Shown here piece by piece: positions 11,859-21,438 of a stretch of 64,000 bases of DNA. The DNA is taken from positions 1,696,001 to 1,760,000 of the forward strand of contig CAVYRF010000002.1 in NCBI GenBank assembly GCA_963770895.1, read 5' to 3'. Source of the stretch: an uncultured Acidobacteriota bacterium. GTDB lineage: Bacteria; Acidobacteriota; Thermoanaerobaculia; Multivoradales; UBA5704. Under the pieces are notes generated by a model. It was given only the letters and a program-made list of their open reading frames with translations, was not told the origin of the DNA and did no database searches. The first letter of the stretch is position 1, and each line of letters starts with the position of its first letter. The position numbers and the translations under genes are program-made.

Positions 11859-14342
11859 ATGAACCGTCTATTTCTGGACCTGCGGTTTGCGGTGCGGATG
11901 TTTGGGCGGCAGCCCATGCTGGCGGCAGCGGCGCTGGTCACGTTGGCGCTGGGCGTCGGCGCCAACAGCGCGATGTTCAGCATCGTCGATGCGATGCTGC
12001 TCAAGCCGCCGCCGTTCCGCGATCCCGATCGGGTGGCGATCGCCTGGACGACTTCGCCCGCGCAGGCCCGCGCCTCGGGGATCGCCGACGACAAGTTCCC
12101 CATCAGCTGGGGCGACTTCTACGAGTGGCAGCGGCGGGTGCGGTCGTTTTCCCACCTGGCGATGTTCGAGCCCGATTCGGTCAACCTGTCGGGCGCCGGC
12201 GTCCCGGCGCAGCTCGACGTGCTGCGGGTGAGCGGCGAATTTGCGGCGGTGCTCGGCACGCCGCCCCTGCTCGGGCGCGCCCTCGAGCCAGGCGACGACG
12301 TGCCGGGCAGGCCGGCGGCGATCCTGCTCGGGTACGCCTGCTGGCGGCGCACCTTCGGCGGCGACCGGCGGGTGATCGGCCGCAAGGTCTATTTGAACGG
12401 CGATCCGGCGCTGGTCGTCGGCGTGATGCCGCCCCGGTTCACCTTTGCGCGCACCACCGACATGCCGGTTTCGCTGGGCTTCCCCGCCGTGCCGGACGCC
12501 TGGGTGCCCTACTGCCTGAGCGCCGCCGACCGGCAGGACCATGGCCGGAGCACCGGCCAGGTCATCGGCCGCCTGCGCGCCGGGGTCGGCATCCGCGCCG
12601 CCGAGCAGGAGCTGCGGGCGCTGTGGGACCAGCAGGTGCGCGAGGAGGCGCTCGACAGGGGCTTCGGCGTCGACCTGCTGCCCATCGCCGAGCAGCTGGC
12701 GGGCGGCTCGCGGCGGGCGCTGCTGGTGCTGTGGGCGGCCGTCGGCCTGGTGCTGCTCATCGCCTGCGCCAACGTCGCCGGTCTGCTGCTGGCGCGCGCC
12801 GCCTCGCGCCGGCAGGAGATCGCCGTGCGCACCGCGATCGGCGCCGGGCGCGCCCACCTGGTCCGCCAGCTGCTTGCCGAAAGCGGCCTGCTGGCGCTGG
12901 CGGGCGGCATCGCCGGCCTGGGCGTGGCGGCGCTGGGGCTGCGCCTGCTGGCCGCGCTGGCGCCGGCGGACCTGGCGCGGGCGCTGCCCACGACGCTGGA
13001 TGCCCGCGTCCTCGCGTTCACCCTGTCGCTGTGCGCCGTCACCTGCATCGCCACCGGCCTGCTGCCGGCGGCACAGGTCACCCGTCCCGATCTCGCCGCG
13101 GCCTTGCGCGATGGCATGCGCACCGCGGACGGCGCCGCGCCGGGGCGCCGCACCCGCGACGCGCTGGTGGTCGCGGAGCTGGCGGTATCGGTGCTGCTGC
13201 TCACCGGCGCCGGCCTCCTGCTGCACAGCTTCGCCCGGCTGCTCCAGGTCGATCCCGGCTTCCGCACCGCGCACGTCGTGGCCATGGAAGTGTACGTGCC
13301 GGGCGGGCACGACCCGATGGAGACGCGCCGCCGCTTCTACGGCCGCGTCGTCGAGCGGCTGCAGGCGCTGCCGGGCGTCGCTGCCGCCGCCGGCATCAAC
13401 GAGCTGCCGCTGAAAGGCGGCGTCTGGTTGAGCGGCTGGGTGGCCGAAGGGCGGCCGCGCCCCAAGCCCGAGGAGCTGGTGGCGACCGACGCGCGCTCGG
13501 TGACGCCGCGGTATTTCGCCGTCATGGGCATCCCCCTGCTGCGCGGCCGCCTGCTGGCCGCCGCGGACGTGCAGGGCAGGCAGCAGGTGGCGGTCGTCGA
13601 CAACGCCCTGGCGCGCGCCCTGTGGCCGGGGCAAGACCCGATCGGCAGGCGCCTGCGCGCCTGGTACGCGAAGGGCCAGGACGACCCCGAATGCCCCTGG
13701 ATGACCGTGGTCGGAATCGTCGGCAGCGTCCGCTACGACGGGCTCGACAGCCCGCCGCGGACAGCGCTCTACAAACCCACCGCCCAGGGGCCGTGGGTGT
13801 CGGCGGACATGACGTTCGTGGTGCGCGCCGGAGGCGATCCCGCCGCCCTGGCCGTCGCGGCGCGCGACGCGGTGCGCCAGGTCGACCCGGCGCAGCCGAT
13901 CGCCAGCCTGCGCACCCTCGACCAGGTCGTGGCCGACTCCGTGGCGCCGCGCCGCTTCGCCCTGCAGCTGCTGGGGGTGTTCGCCGGTGCGGCGCTGGCG
14001 CTTGCCGCGGTCGGCGTCTACGGCGTGACCTATGCGTCGGTCGTGCGGCGCACCCGCGAGCTGGGGCTGCGCATCGCGCTGGGCGCCCAGCCGCGCCAGC
14101 TCCTGTGGCTGCTGCTCGCCAAGGCCGGCGCCCTGGTCGCCCTCGGCCTGGCGATCGGCCTGGCCGCCGCCCTGGCCGCCACCCGCGCCATGGCCTCGAT
14201 GCTCTACGGCGTCAGCCCCGCCGATCCCGCGGCCTACGTCCTGGGCGCGCTGCTTCTCGCCGTGGCCGCGCTGGTCTCCGTCTTGATCCCCGCCCGCCGC
14301 GCCACCCGCATGGATCCGATGGCGGCCCTGCGCGCCGACTGA
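11859..14342 (+). CDS. ADOP-family duplicated ABC permease (MacB/FtsX x2)
   Basis: TLALGVGAN, LLIACANVAGLLLAR, RELGLRIALGA, C-terminal DPMAALR. Confidence 0.9.
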   Translation: MNRLFLDLRFAVRMFGRQPMLAAAALVTLALGVGANSAMFSIVDAMLLKPPPFRDPDRVAIAWTTSPAQARASGIADDKFPISWGDFYEWQRRVRSFSHLAMFEPDSVNLSGAGVPAQLDVLRVSGEFAAVLGTPPLLGRALEPGDDVPGRPAAILLGYACWRRTFGGDRRVIGRKVYLNGDPALVVGVMPPRFTFARTTDMPVSLGFPAVPDAWVPYCLSAADRQDHGRSTGQVIGRLRAGVGIRAAEQELRALWDQQVREEALDRGFGVDLLPIAEQLAGGSRRALLVLWAAVGLVLLIACANVAGLLLARAASRRQEIAVRTAIGAGRAHLVRQLLAESGLLALAGGIAGLGVAALGLRLLAALAPADLARALPTTLDARVLAFTLSLCAVTCIATGLLPAAQVTRPDLAAALRDGMRTADGAAPGRRTRDALVVAELAVSVLLLTGAGLLLHSFARLLQVDPGFRTAHVVAMEVYVPGGHDPMETRRRFYGRVVERLQALPGVAAAAGINELPLKGGVWLSGWVAEGRPRPKPEELVATDARSVTPRYFAVMGIPLLRGRLLAAADVQGRQQVAVVDNALARALWPGQDPIGRRLRAWYAKGQDDPECPWMTVVGIVGSVRYDGLDSPPRTALYKPTAQGPWVSADMTFVVRAGGDPAALAVAARDAVRQVDPAQPIASLRTLDQVVADSVAPRRFALQLLGVFAGAALALAAVGVYGVTYASVVRRTRELGLRIALGAQPRQLLWLLLAKAGALVALGLAIGLAAALAATRAMASMLYGVSPADPAAYVLGALLLAVAALVSVLIPARRATRMDPMAALRAD

Positions 14343-14527
14343 ACGTGGGCGGCGCGGGTGCGGTGGGTTCGCCAGGTCCCGGTGGCGGCGGGGCGGGCCA
14401 TGCCTGCTAAAATAAGGCGAGCACATAGCACGATTACGAGATCACGACGGCATGCTAGCTGAGGCGGCCGTTTGCCCCTGGGACTCTGGGGGGGCGGCGG
14501 CGGCGCTTCGGCAGAGGAGATTTCCCC

Positions 14528-16345
14528 ATGGCCACGCAGCCGCGGTATTCACGTTGGGTGCAGCTCTCCGGCAGCAACCAGGCGCCGCCGCCCGGTGCGG
14601 TACCGGCTCCGGCGGTCGCCGCCGGCGAGCCCATCGAGGTGACTATCAGGCTGCGCCGCGCCACGCCTTTGAACGCGGATCGGGCGCGTCAGGCGGGGCC
14701 GCAAAAACCGCTGACGCGCGCCCAGTTTGCCGCCGAACACGGTGCGGCGGCCGGCGACGTGGCGGCCGTCCAGGCCTTTGCCAGCCACTTCAAGCTGCGC
14801 GTGCTGGACGTGCGGGCCGGCCAGCGCGCGATCGTCCTGGGCGGCTCCGCGGCCCAGATGGCACGGGCTTTCAGCGTCGAGCTGCGGCGCTATGCGCTGC
14901 CCGACGGTAGCTCGTTCCGCGGCCCCGCGGGCGCGATCTCCATCCCGGCGGAGCTCCTGGGGATCGTCGAAAGCGTCCTGGGCCTGGACGACCGGCCCGC
15001 GGCGCGACGCCCCGCCACCCTGGTGGTGCGCGCAGCCGCCGCGGCGCCGGCAGCCAGGCGAGCCGCGACGCCACGCGGCAAGAAGCCCGGCGCGGGGCGC
15101 GGCAAGCAGCAAGCGCCGGGGCGCGCCTCAAAGGTGGCATCGACAAGGGCCAAGCCGGCGGCGGCGGGCCAGGCCAAACGCCCGGCGGCCTTGCCGAGCA
15201 AGAAGGTGACGCCGCCGCGAAGCAAGGCCGTCGCGTCCGGGGCACGGGGGGCACGGCGCGGTGGGGTGCCGGTGCCGCGGGACGCCCGGGCGGAGGCGCG
15301 CCATATCCTGACGTTCGACTCGGACGATCCGTCGACGTTTGCGCCGTTCACCATCCCCGAGGCGCGGGCCGCTCGCAGCACCGAGCTGGCGGCGATTCCA
15401 TGGCCGGCCGGCAAGCAGCCGACGCCGGCGCCTTTGTCGTCGCCGCCGTCGCCGGACGACCCGCTGCCGCAATGCGACTACCTGGTCGTCACCTGGACGG
15501 TCGAAGAAGCCAAGGCGCTGGCGGATGTCCTGACCCCCGGATTTCCCAGCAAGACGGCCTGGTACCCCTACACCCACAACTTCACCAGCAAGTTCGTGCC
15601 GATCATCCGCCGCGGCGCGCCGTCGGTCGCCGATTCTCACCGGCTGGGCAGCTATCTTCCGGTCACCATCGACGGCAAACGCGTGCTTTGTGTGAAATCC
15701 GAGCTGCACATGAGCCAGGACGGGCCGAAGCTGCCGATCGCGCTGCTGTGGCAGCAGATGATCGCCGAGACGCAGGCCAAAATGGTGATCACCACCGGCA
15801 CCGCCGGCGGCATCGGCGCCGCCGTCGAGCTGGGGGACGTGGTGGTGGCGCCGCAGGTTCGCTTCGACTGCCAGGACCAGTTCAAGAGCGCCCCGTTCCA
15901 CAACAGCCAGTACAACTGCTCGTCGCTGTCGTTCGCCACCCTGAGCCAGGTGCCGCCCCTGGTCGCCGCCAACCTGGCGCGCCTGCCCAAGGCGAGCCGG
16001 CCGCCCGCCGTGTTCACCGCGCCCACGGCCGGCGTGCCGATCGACGACGTGGTGACGACCGACTTTTTCGCCTTTGACGACGCCAGCAATACCTACAAGC
16101 TGCAGGGGCTGGGAGCCGCGGTCGAGATGGGCGACGCGGTGCTGGGCATGGTGATCAGCCAGATGAGCGCCAAGAGCCAACCGCGGTGGACGGCCATCCG
16201 CAACGCCTCCGACCCGCAGATCGCCGACGCCGGCATGACCCCCGCGGAGGCGCGCAAGGTCGCGGCGCAGATCTACGAGCGGTACGGCTATTGGACGACC
16301 GTGCCCAGCGCCATCACCTGCTGGGCGGTCATCCTGGGCAACTGA
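14528..16345 (+). CDS. S53 (kumamolisin) pro-domain + K/A/P-rich linker + nucleoside phosphorylase/MTA-SAH nucleosidase-like domain
   Basis: N-terminal EVTIRLRR..FAAEHGA..VLGLDDRP; C-terminal TTGTAGG..LGDVVV, VEMGD, IRNASD; GAGGAG ribosome-binding site. Confidence 0.72.
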   Translation: MATQPRYSRWVQLSGSNQAPPPGAVPAPAVAAGEPIEVTIRLRRATPLNADRARQAGPQKPLTRAQFAAEHGAAAGDVAAVQAFASHFKLRVLDVRAGQRAIVLGGSAAQMARAFSVELRRYALPDGSSFRGPAGAISIPAELLGIVESVLGLDDRPAARRPATLVVRAAAAAPAARRAATPRGKKPGAGRGKQQAPGRASKVASTRAKPAAAGQAKRPAALPSKKVTPPRSKAVASGARGARRGGVPVPRDARAEARHILTFDSDDPSTFAPFTIPEARAARSTELAAIPWPAGKQPTPAPLSSPPSPDDPLPQCDYLVVTWTVEEAKALADVLTPGFPSKTAWYPYTHNFTSKFVPIIRRGAPSVADSHRLGSYLPVTIDGKRVLCVKSELHMSQDGPKLPIALLWQQMIAETQAKMVITTGTAGGIGAAVELGDVVVAPQVRFDCQDQFKSAPFHNSQYNCSSLSFATLSQVPPLVAANLARLPKASRPPAVFTAPTAGVPIDDVVTTDFFAFDDASNTYKLQGLGAAVEMGDAVLGMVISQMSAKSQPRWTAIRNASDPQIADAGMTPAEARKVAAQIYERYGYWTTVPSAITCWAVILGN

Positions 16346-16390
16346 ACCGGTCCGCCCTTGCCGCGGGGCATGGCCGGCGGCGGCACCGGT

Positions 16391-18832
16391 TCACCCCTGG
16401 CGCAGGGCGTTGACCGGATCGACGGCGGCGGCGCGGCGGGCCGGCACCAGGCTCGCCGCCATCGCCACCAGCATCAGCAGCGCGGCCACCGCGGTGAAGG
16501 TCAGCGGGTCGTACGCCTTGACCGCGAACAGCAGGCTCGCGATCAGGCGCGTCAGCAGCAACGAGCCGACCAGGCCCAGCGCGATGCCGGCGAGGGTCAG
16601 CCAGACGCTGCGGCCCAGCACCAGCTCCACCACCTGTCCGGTGCGCGCGCCCAGCGCGATGCGGATGCCGATCTCCTGCGCGCGCTGCGCCACGGAGTAC
16701 GACATGATGCCGTAGATCCCCACCGCCGCGAGCAGCAGCGCCGCCCCGGCGAACAGCGCCAGCAGCTGCATCGACAGGCGCCGCCGCGCGATCGACTGCG
16801 CCATCACCTCCCGCATGGTGCGGAGCTGGAAGACCGCCTCTTCGGGGTCGAGCTCCTGCACGGTGCGGCGGATGCCGTTGATCAGCGACGCCGGATCGCC
16901 GGCGGAGCGGATGGCGACGCTCATGTTCGAGATCCCGAACGGCGTCTGCTCGAGCGGCCAATAGAGCTCCACGCGGGACGGCGATTCGAGCGTGCGGTAG
17001 CGGACGTGGTGGACCACGCCAACCACCGTCATCCAGGGGTTTTTCGATTCGCGGCCGCTGCGATGGATGCGCTTGCCGATCGGATCTTCGCGCGGCCAGT
17101 AGGTGTTCGCCATCGTCTCGTCGATGACGCAGACCGGCGCCGCCGTTTCGCCGTCGCGCTCGTCCAGGTAGCGGCCGCGCACCAGCGGGATGCGCAGCGC
17201 CTTGAAGTACCCCGGCGTGACTGGGCGCTGGTCCGCTTCGGGGGTGGCCTCCGTGGGCGCCACCGCCTGCGTGTCGACGGTGACCGTGCCCGACCAGCCG
17301 TTGCCGCTCAGCGGCAGGCCCGGAGAGGCGCCGGCCGCCAGCACGCCCGGCAGCTTGCCGACGCCTGCCAGCAGGTTGCGGTAGAAGCGCCGCTGGGCCG
17401 CCGCATCCTTGTAGCGCTCGTCGGGCAGCGACACCCGCAGCGTCACCACGCCGTCGGGGCGGAATCCGCCGTCGACCTCCTGCAGCCGCAGGAAGCTGCG
17501 GATCAGCAGCCCCGATCCGGCGAGCAGCGACAGCGCCATGGCGATCTCGACCACCACCAGGGCGGCGCGCAGGCGCTGCGAGCGGGCGCCTTCGGAGCCG
17601 CCGCGGCCGCCCTCCTTGAGGGCGCCGTGAAAGCTGGCGCGCGCCGCCGCGAAGACCGGCGCCAGGCCGAACACCACCCCGGTGGCGAGCGAAACCAGCA
17701 GGGTGAACAGCAAGGCGGTGCCGTCCAGGTGCACCTCGTCCATGCGCGGAAAGCTGCCGGCCGTGGTCGCCACCAGCACGCGCAGCGACCACGCCGCCAG
17801 CGCCAGCCCGGCCACCCCGCCCGCCAGGCCGAGCAGCGCGCTTTCGGTCAGCAGCTGCCGCACCAGCCGCCAGCGCCCGACGCCCAGCGCCTGGCGCACC
17901 GCCATCTCGCGGTCCCGCGTCGAAGCCCGCACCAGCAGCAGGTTTGCCACGTTGGCACAGGCGATCGACAGCACCAGGCCGACGGCGCCCAGCAGCACCC
18001 AGAGCGCCGTCCGGATGTCGCCGACCTGCTGGTCGAGCAGCGGCACCAGCAGCACGGCGAAGTTGTAGTCGCGGTAGTGGTATCCGGGGTTCTCGGCGAT
18101 GATTCGGCGCGTCACCGTCGCCATGTCGGCGCGCGCCTGGGCCAGCGACAGGTCCGGTTTGATGCGCGCGATCACCTCCAGCCCGTGATCGCCGCGGCTG
18201 TTCGCCGAAAGGTCATCGGCGGAAAACGACAGCGGCGTCCAGATCTCCACGTCGCGCGGATGCTGGAAGCCGCGCGGCAGCACCCCGACGATCAGGAAGC
18301 TCTTGCCGTTCATCACCAGCTTGCGGCCGACGACGTGCGGATCGGCGGCAAAATGGCGCCGCCAGACGGCATCCCCCAGCAGCGCCTCCTGGTCCCGGCC
18401 GGGGAAGCCTTCTTCGGGCAGGAACGTCCGTCCCACCTGCGCCTGCACTCCCAGCACCGGAAAGAACGCGGGCGAGACGGCCGCCCCCTGCACGCGCTCG
18501 GGAGTGCCGCCAAAGTTGACGTTCAAGTTGACGTTGCCGATGGCGGCGACCCCCGCCAGGCTGCGGTTGCGCTGCAGGTCCATCAGCTCCGGCGCCGACA
18601 CCCAGTTCTGGTCGTTGGGGCTGCCGATGCCGGTGAACCGCATCCAGATCTGCACCAGCTGCCGCGGCTGCGGATACGGCAGGGGCCGCAGGACCACCGC
18701 ATTGACGATGCTGAAGATCGCCGAGCTGGCGCCGATCCCCAGCGCCAAGGTCAGCACCGCGACCAGCGCAAACCCAGGATTGCGACGCCAGGTCCGCAGC
18801 GAATAGCGAATGTCCTGCAGCAGTCCTTCCAT
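16391..18832 (-). CDS. ADOP-family duplicated ABC permease
   Basis: MEGLLQDIRYSLR start after GGAGG; IACANVANLLL; EIGIRIALGA; DPVNALR. Confidence 0.9.
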   Translation of the reverse strand: MEGLLQDIRYSLRTWRRNPGFALVAVLTLALGIGASSAIFSIVNAVVLRPLPYPQPRQLVQIWMRFTGIGSPNDQNWVSAPELMDLQRNRSLAGVAAIGNVNLNVNFGGTPERVQGAAVSPAFFPVLGVQAQVGRTFLPEEGFPGRDQEALLGDAVWRRHFAADPHVVGRKLVMNGKSFLIVGVLPRGFQHPRDVEIWTPLSFSADDLSANSRGDHGLEVIARIKPDLSLAQARADMATVTRRIIAENPGYHYRDYNFAVLLVPLLDQQVGDIRTALWVLLGAVGLVLSIACANVANLLLVRASTRDREMAVRQALGVGRWRLVRQLLTESALLGLAGGVAGLALAAWSLRVLVATTAGSFPRMDEVHLDGTALLFTLLVSLATGVVFGLAPVFAAARASFHGALKEGGRGGSEGARSQRLRAALVVVEIAMALSLLAGSGLLIRSFLRLQEVDGGFRPDGVVTLRVSLPDERYKDAAAQRRFYRNLLAGVGKLPGVLAAGASPGLPLSGNGWSGTVTVDTQAVAPTEATPEADQRPVTPGYFKALRIPLVRGRYLDERDGETAAPVCVIDETMANTYWPREDPIGKRIHRSGRESKNPWMTVVGVVHHVRYRTLESPSRVELYWPLEQTPFGISNMSVAIRSAGDPASLINGIRRTVQELDPEEAVFQLRTMREVMAQSIARRRLSMQLLALFAGAALLLAAVGIYGIMSYSVAQRAQEIGIRIALGARTGQVVELVLGRSVWLTLAGIALGLVGSLLLTRLIASLLFAVKAYDPLTFTAVAALLMLVAMAASLVPARRAAAVDPVNALRQG

Positions 18833-19039
18833 TGCGTAGCGCCTCCATGCTGGGCCTGCCCTAGCGCCGTTCCGCCTGCCGGGGCGGCGCTGCCACCTGG
18901 AAGTACTGCCAACACCCCGCGGAGGTTTCTGCCACACGTGCCGGGTAGGGGATCTGGCCAGATATTTGCATTGCGCTATATAAGAGTAAGCGTGCGATGT
19001 GGCGGCCGGATTGGGTCGGATGCGCGCAAGGAGGAGATC

Positions 19040-20962
19040 ATGACCAGATCTGAAAAGGCCCGCGCTGCACGAGCTACGGCACCCGCGCGCGCCTCCCTGT
19101 CTTTGGCTTTGACCCTGGCGCTGGCGATGACGGCGATGCTGTTCGCCGGCCTTGGCGGCGAGCCGCGCGCCGGAGCGCTGCCGTCGCCGCCAAGCCAGTG
19201 GAAAGGGGTCAACTACTTTCCCGCCGGCTACTACGCCTGGAACATGCTGAACAGCTGGAGCAGCGTGCAGAGCGCCGTCGACTCCGACATGGCGACGATG
19301 GCGGCAAACGGCGTGAACTTTCTGCACCTCTACCTGTGGGACAGCGATTGGGGCGGTGTCGGCTTCAACCCGATGCCCAAAACGCTGCTCGGCACCACTT
19401 ACAGCCCGCCCAACAATTCACCCAACAGCCAGTGGGCGGCGCTGGACAGCTTCCTCTCCCTGGCGGAATCGCACGGCCTCTACGTCGGCCTGCACTTCGT
19501 CAGCAAATATCCGATCGATACGCTGAATGGGTTGAACGGCAACCTCGACCTGAACGGTGCGGCGCAGATGGGCGACGACTTTGCAACCTGGGCCAACACG
19601 TTCGTCAGCTACTTCACCCCGCGGCACCAGAACATCGCCCTGTGGGGGGTGACCTACGCCCTGGGGCCGGTGGTGGCCGATCCGCCGCTGTCCAGCACGT
19701 GGAACGTGTTTTTCGCCCACGCCTACGGTGGCGTCTACCAGGCGCTGCGCGGCTCCAGCAGCTGCCAGGCCTCCGGCAACGGCCTCGGCCTCATCGGCAT
19801 CAACCTGGGCCTGTCGCCGCAGGTGCCCGCGGGCGGTTTCAACTACAGCTGGAACACCTCCTATCCGCAGCAGGCGGCGGCCGAGATGTCGGGGATGGGC
19901 GTCTGCGCTCCCGACATCTACATGCTGCAGCTGTACAACGCGCACAGTGACGATCTGGCGCAGATGCTCACCACCCTGAGCACGTCGCCGGCCGCGGGCG
20001 GCATCGTCATTCCAGCCAACCAGATCCTGGCGGTCGAATACGCCACGTCCTCGTCGATGGCCGCGGCGCCCTACGGCAACGGCGTCGCATCGTTCGGCGA
20101 TTCGTACACGCCCACCACCGACACCAACGGCCAGGCACAGTGGTTGACCAACACCCTCTGCGCCTTTGCCCGCACCGGCGTGCAAAAGACCGCCTATTTT
20201 GGCTATTACGACGCATCGTCGTTCTATTCCAGCTCGCCGCCCGCCGACGTGGCCTGGCCCGGCTATTTCGGCTTCTTCCCGCTCGGTGGCGGCGCCGCCA
20301 AGCCCGCCTGGCCGGTGCTGTCCAACTACTTCACCAGCGGTGCGCTGGCCTGCTCGCCGCCGCAGCCGCCGCTGGTCCAGCTGCAGGCCAGCACCACCTA
20401 TGTCGGCGCCGGCTACCCGGTGCAACTGACCTGGACCGCCAGCGAGGTGCGCCAGCTGCAACTCTCCGGCGTCGGCAATCTGACCCCGGCGAACGTCGAT
20501 TCGTGCGCCAGCCTGCAGGGCGGCAACTGCGAGGCCATGTCCAAAGGGGTCAAGACCGTCTACCCGCCGGCGCCCGGCACCGCCACCTACACCCTCACCG
20601 GCATCAATTCGACTTCGCAGTCCTACCCCGCCGCCAGCGCCCAGGTCACCATCACCGTCAGCCAGAACCCCGTGGTGGCCGCGGTGACCGACAGCAACTA
20701 CCAGAGCACTCTCTATGCCGACAGCACCATCGTCATCTGGGGCAGCGGTTTCACCGCCACCGGCGGCAACACCGTCCAACTGCAACGCCCCGGCTACGCC
20801 GACGTCTGGCTGTATGAGGGCGACGGCCACTACTACTGGGATCAGTCGACCGGCCAGATCAATTCCAGCCTGGACAACCGCGCCGCGCCCGGTCCCTGGA
20901 CCGTCACTGTCCGCGACGCCACCAGCGCCCCCTCCTACCCGTTCAACATCACCATCAACTGA
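19040..20962 (+). CDS. Secreted GH5/GH-A-like TIM-barrel protein with C-terminal Ig/IPT-like domains
   Basis: AGGAGGAG RBS, signal peptide, KGVNYFP..DMATMAANGVNFLHLYL, ILAVEY; C-terminal IVIWGSGF..GQIN. Confidence 0.7.
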   Translation: MTRSEKARAARATAPARASLSLALTLALAMTAMLFAGLGGEPRAGALPSPPSQWKGVNYFPAGYYAWNMLNSWSSVQSAVDSDMATMAANGVNFLHLYLWDSDWGGVGFNPMPKTLLGTTYSPPNNSPNSQWAALDSFLSLAESHGLYVGLHFVSKYPIDTLNGLNGNLDLNGAAQMGDDFATWANTFVSYFTPRHQNIALWGVTYALGPVVADPPLSSTWNVFFAHAYGGVYQALRGSSSCQASGNGLGLIGINLGLSPQVPAGGFNYSWNTSYPQQAAAEMSGMGVCAPDIYMLQLYNAHSDDLAQMLTTLSTSPAAGGIVIPANQILAVEYATSSSMAAAPYGNGVASFGDSYTPTTDTNGQAQWLTNTLCAFARTGVQKTAYFGYYDASSFYSSSPPADVAWPGYFGFFPLGGGAAKPAWPVLSNYFTSGALACSPPQPPLVQLQASTTYVGAGYPVQLTWTASEVRQLQLSGVGNLTPANVDSCASLQGGNCEAMSKGVKTVYPPAPGTATYTLTGINSTSQSYPAASAQVTITVSQNPVVAAVTDSNYQSTLYADSTIVIWGSGFTATGGNTVQLQRPGYADVWLYEGDGHYYWDQSTGQINSSLDNRAAPGPWTVTVRDATSAPSYPFNITIN

Positions 20963-21005
20963 TCACCTGGCGTCCCGGAGGCAAGGAGGGATCTATACTC
21001 ATGGC

Positions 21006-21269
21006 ATGAGCGAGGTTGCGAACAAGGAGCGAGCGGCGGCGCCCGACCAATGGCCAATTCGCGTCTTTCGCCTGGGCGAAGAGCCTTCTGAGGATCTGAG
21101 CGCGACCACTACGGCGGCGCAGCGGCTGGCCATGATGTGGCCGCTGACCCTGGATGCCTGGGCTGCGGCAGGGCGCTCGATACCGGACTATCCGCGCCAC
21201 CAGGCGCCGATCCGCATCCTGCGAGCCAGCATTCGCCGCCCACCTCCTGCCTCCGGATGCTCGGACTGA
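21006..21269 (+). CDS. Small hypothetical protein, putative partner of a nucleotidyltransferase TA-like pair
   Basis: 87 aa MSEVANKE..LSATTTAAQRLAMMWPLT..; TATACT 6 nt upstream. Confidence 0.55.
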   Translation: MSEVANKERAAAPDQWPIRVFRLGEEPSEDLSATTTAAQRLAMMWPLTLDAWAAAGRSIPDYPRHQAPIRILRASIRRPPPASGCSD

Positions 21270-21322
21270 ACGACGACTTTCGAGACCTCCCTGCGAGCGG
21301 GAGAGTCCTTGTACCAGCCTGA
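21257..21322 (+). pseudogene. Truncated 5' remnant of a putative nucleotidyltransferase gene
   Basis: MLGLNDDFRDL resembles the N-terminus of small NTase proteins; overlaps the preceding gene's stop and ends after 21 codons. Confidence 0.4.
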
Positions 21323-21438
21323 CTCCACAAAGGCCTTGCTGTGACTACGGTGCGCACGCACCCTGCCCGCTCGTGGCCAGATAGCGCAAAGTCGATTCTG
21401 GTAAGGTAGCGGCGGGCTGTTACCGAGGGCTATTCGGC

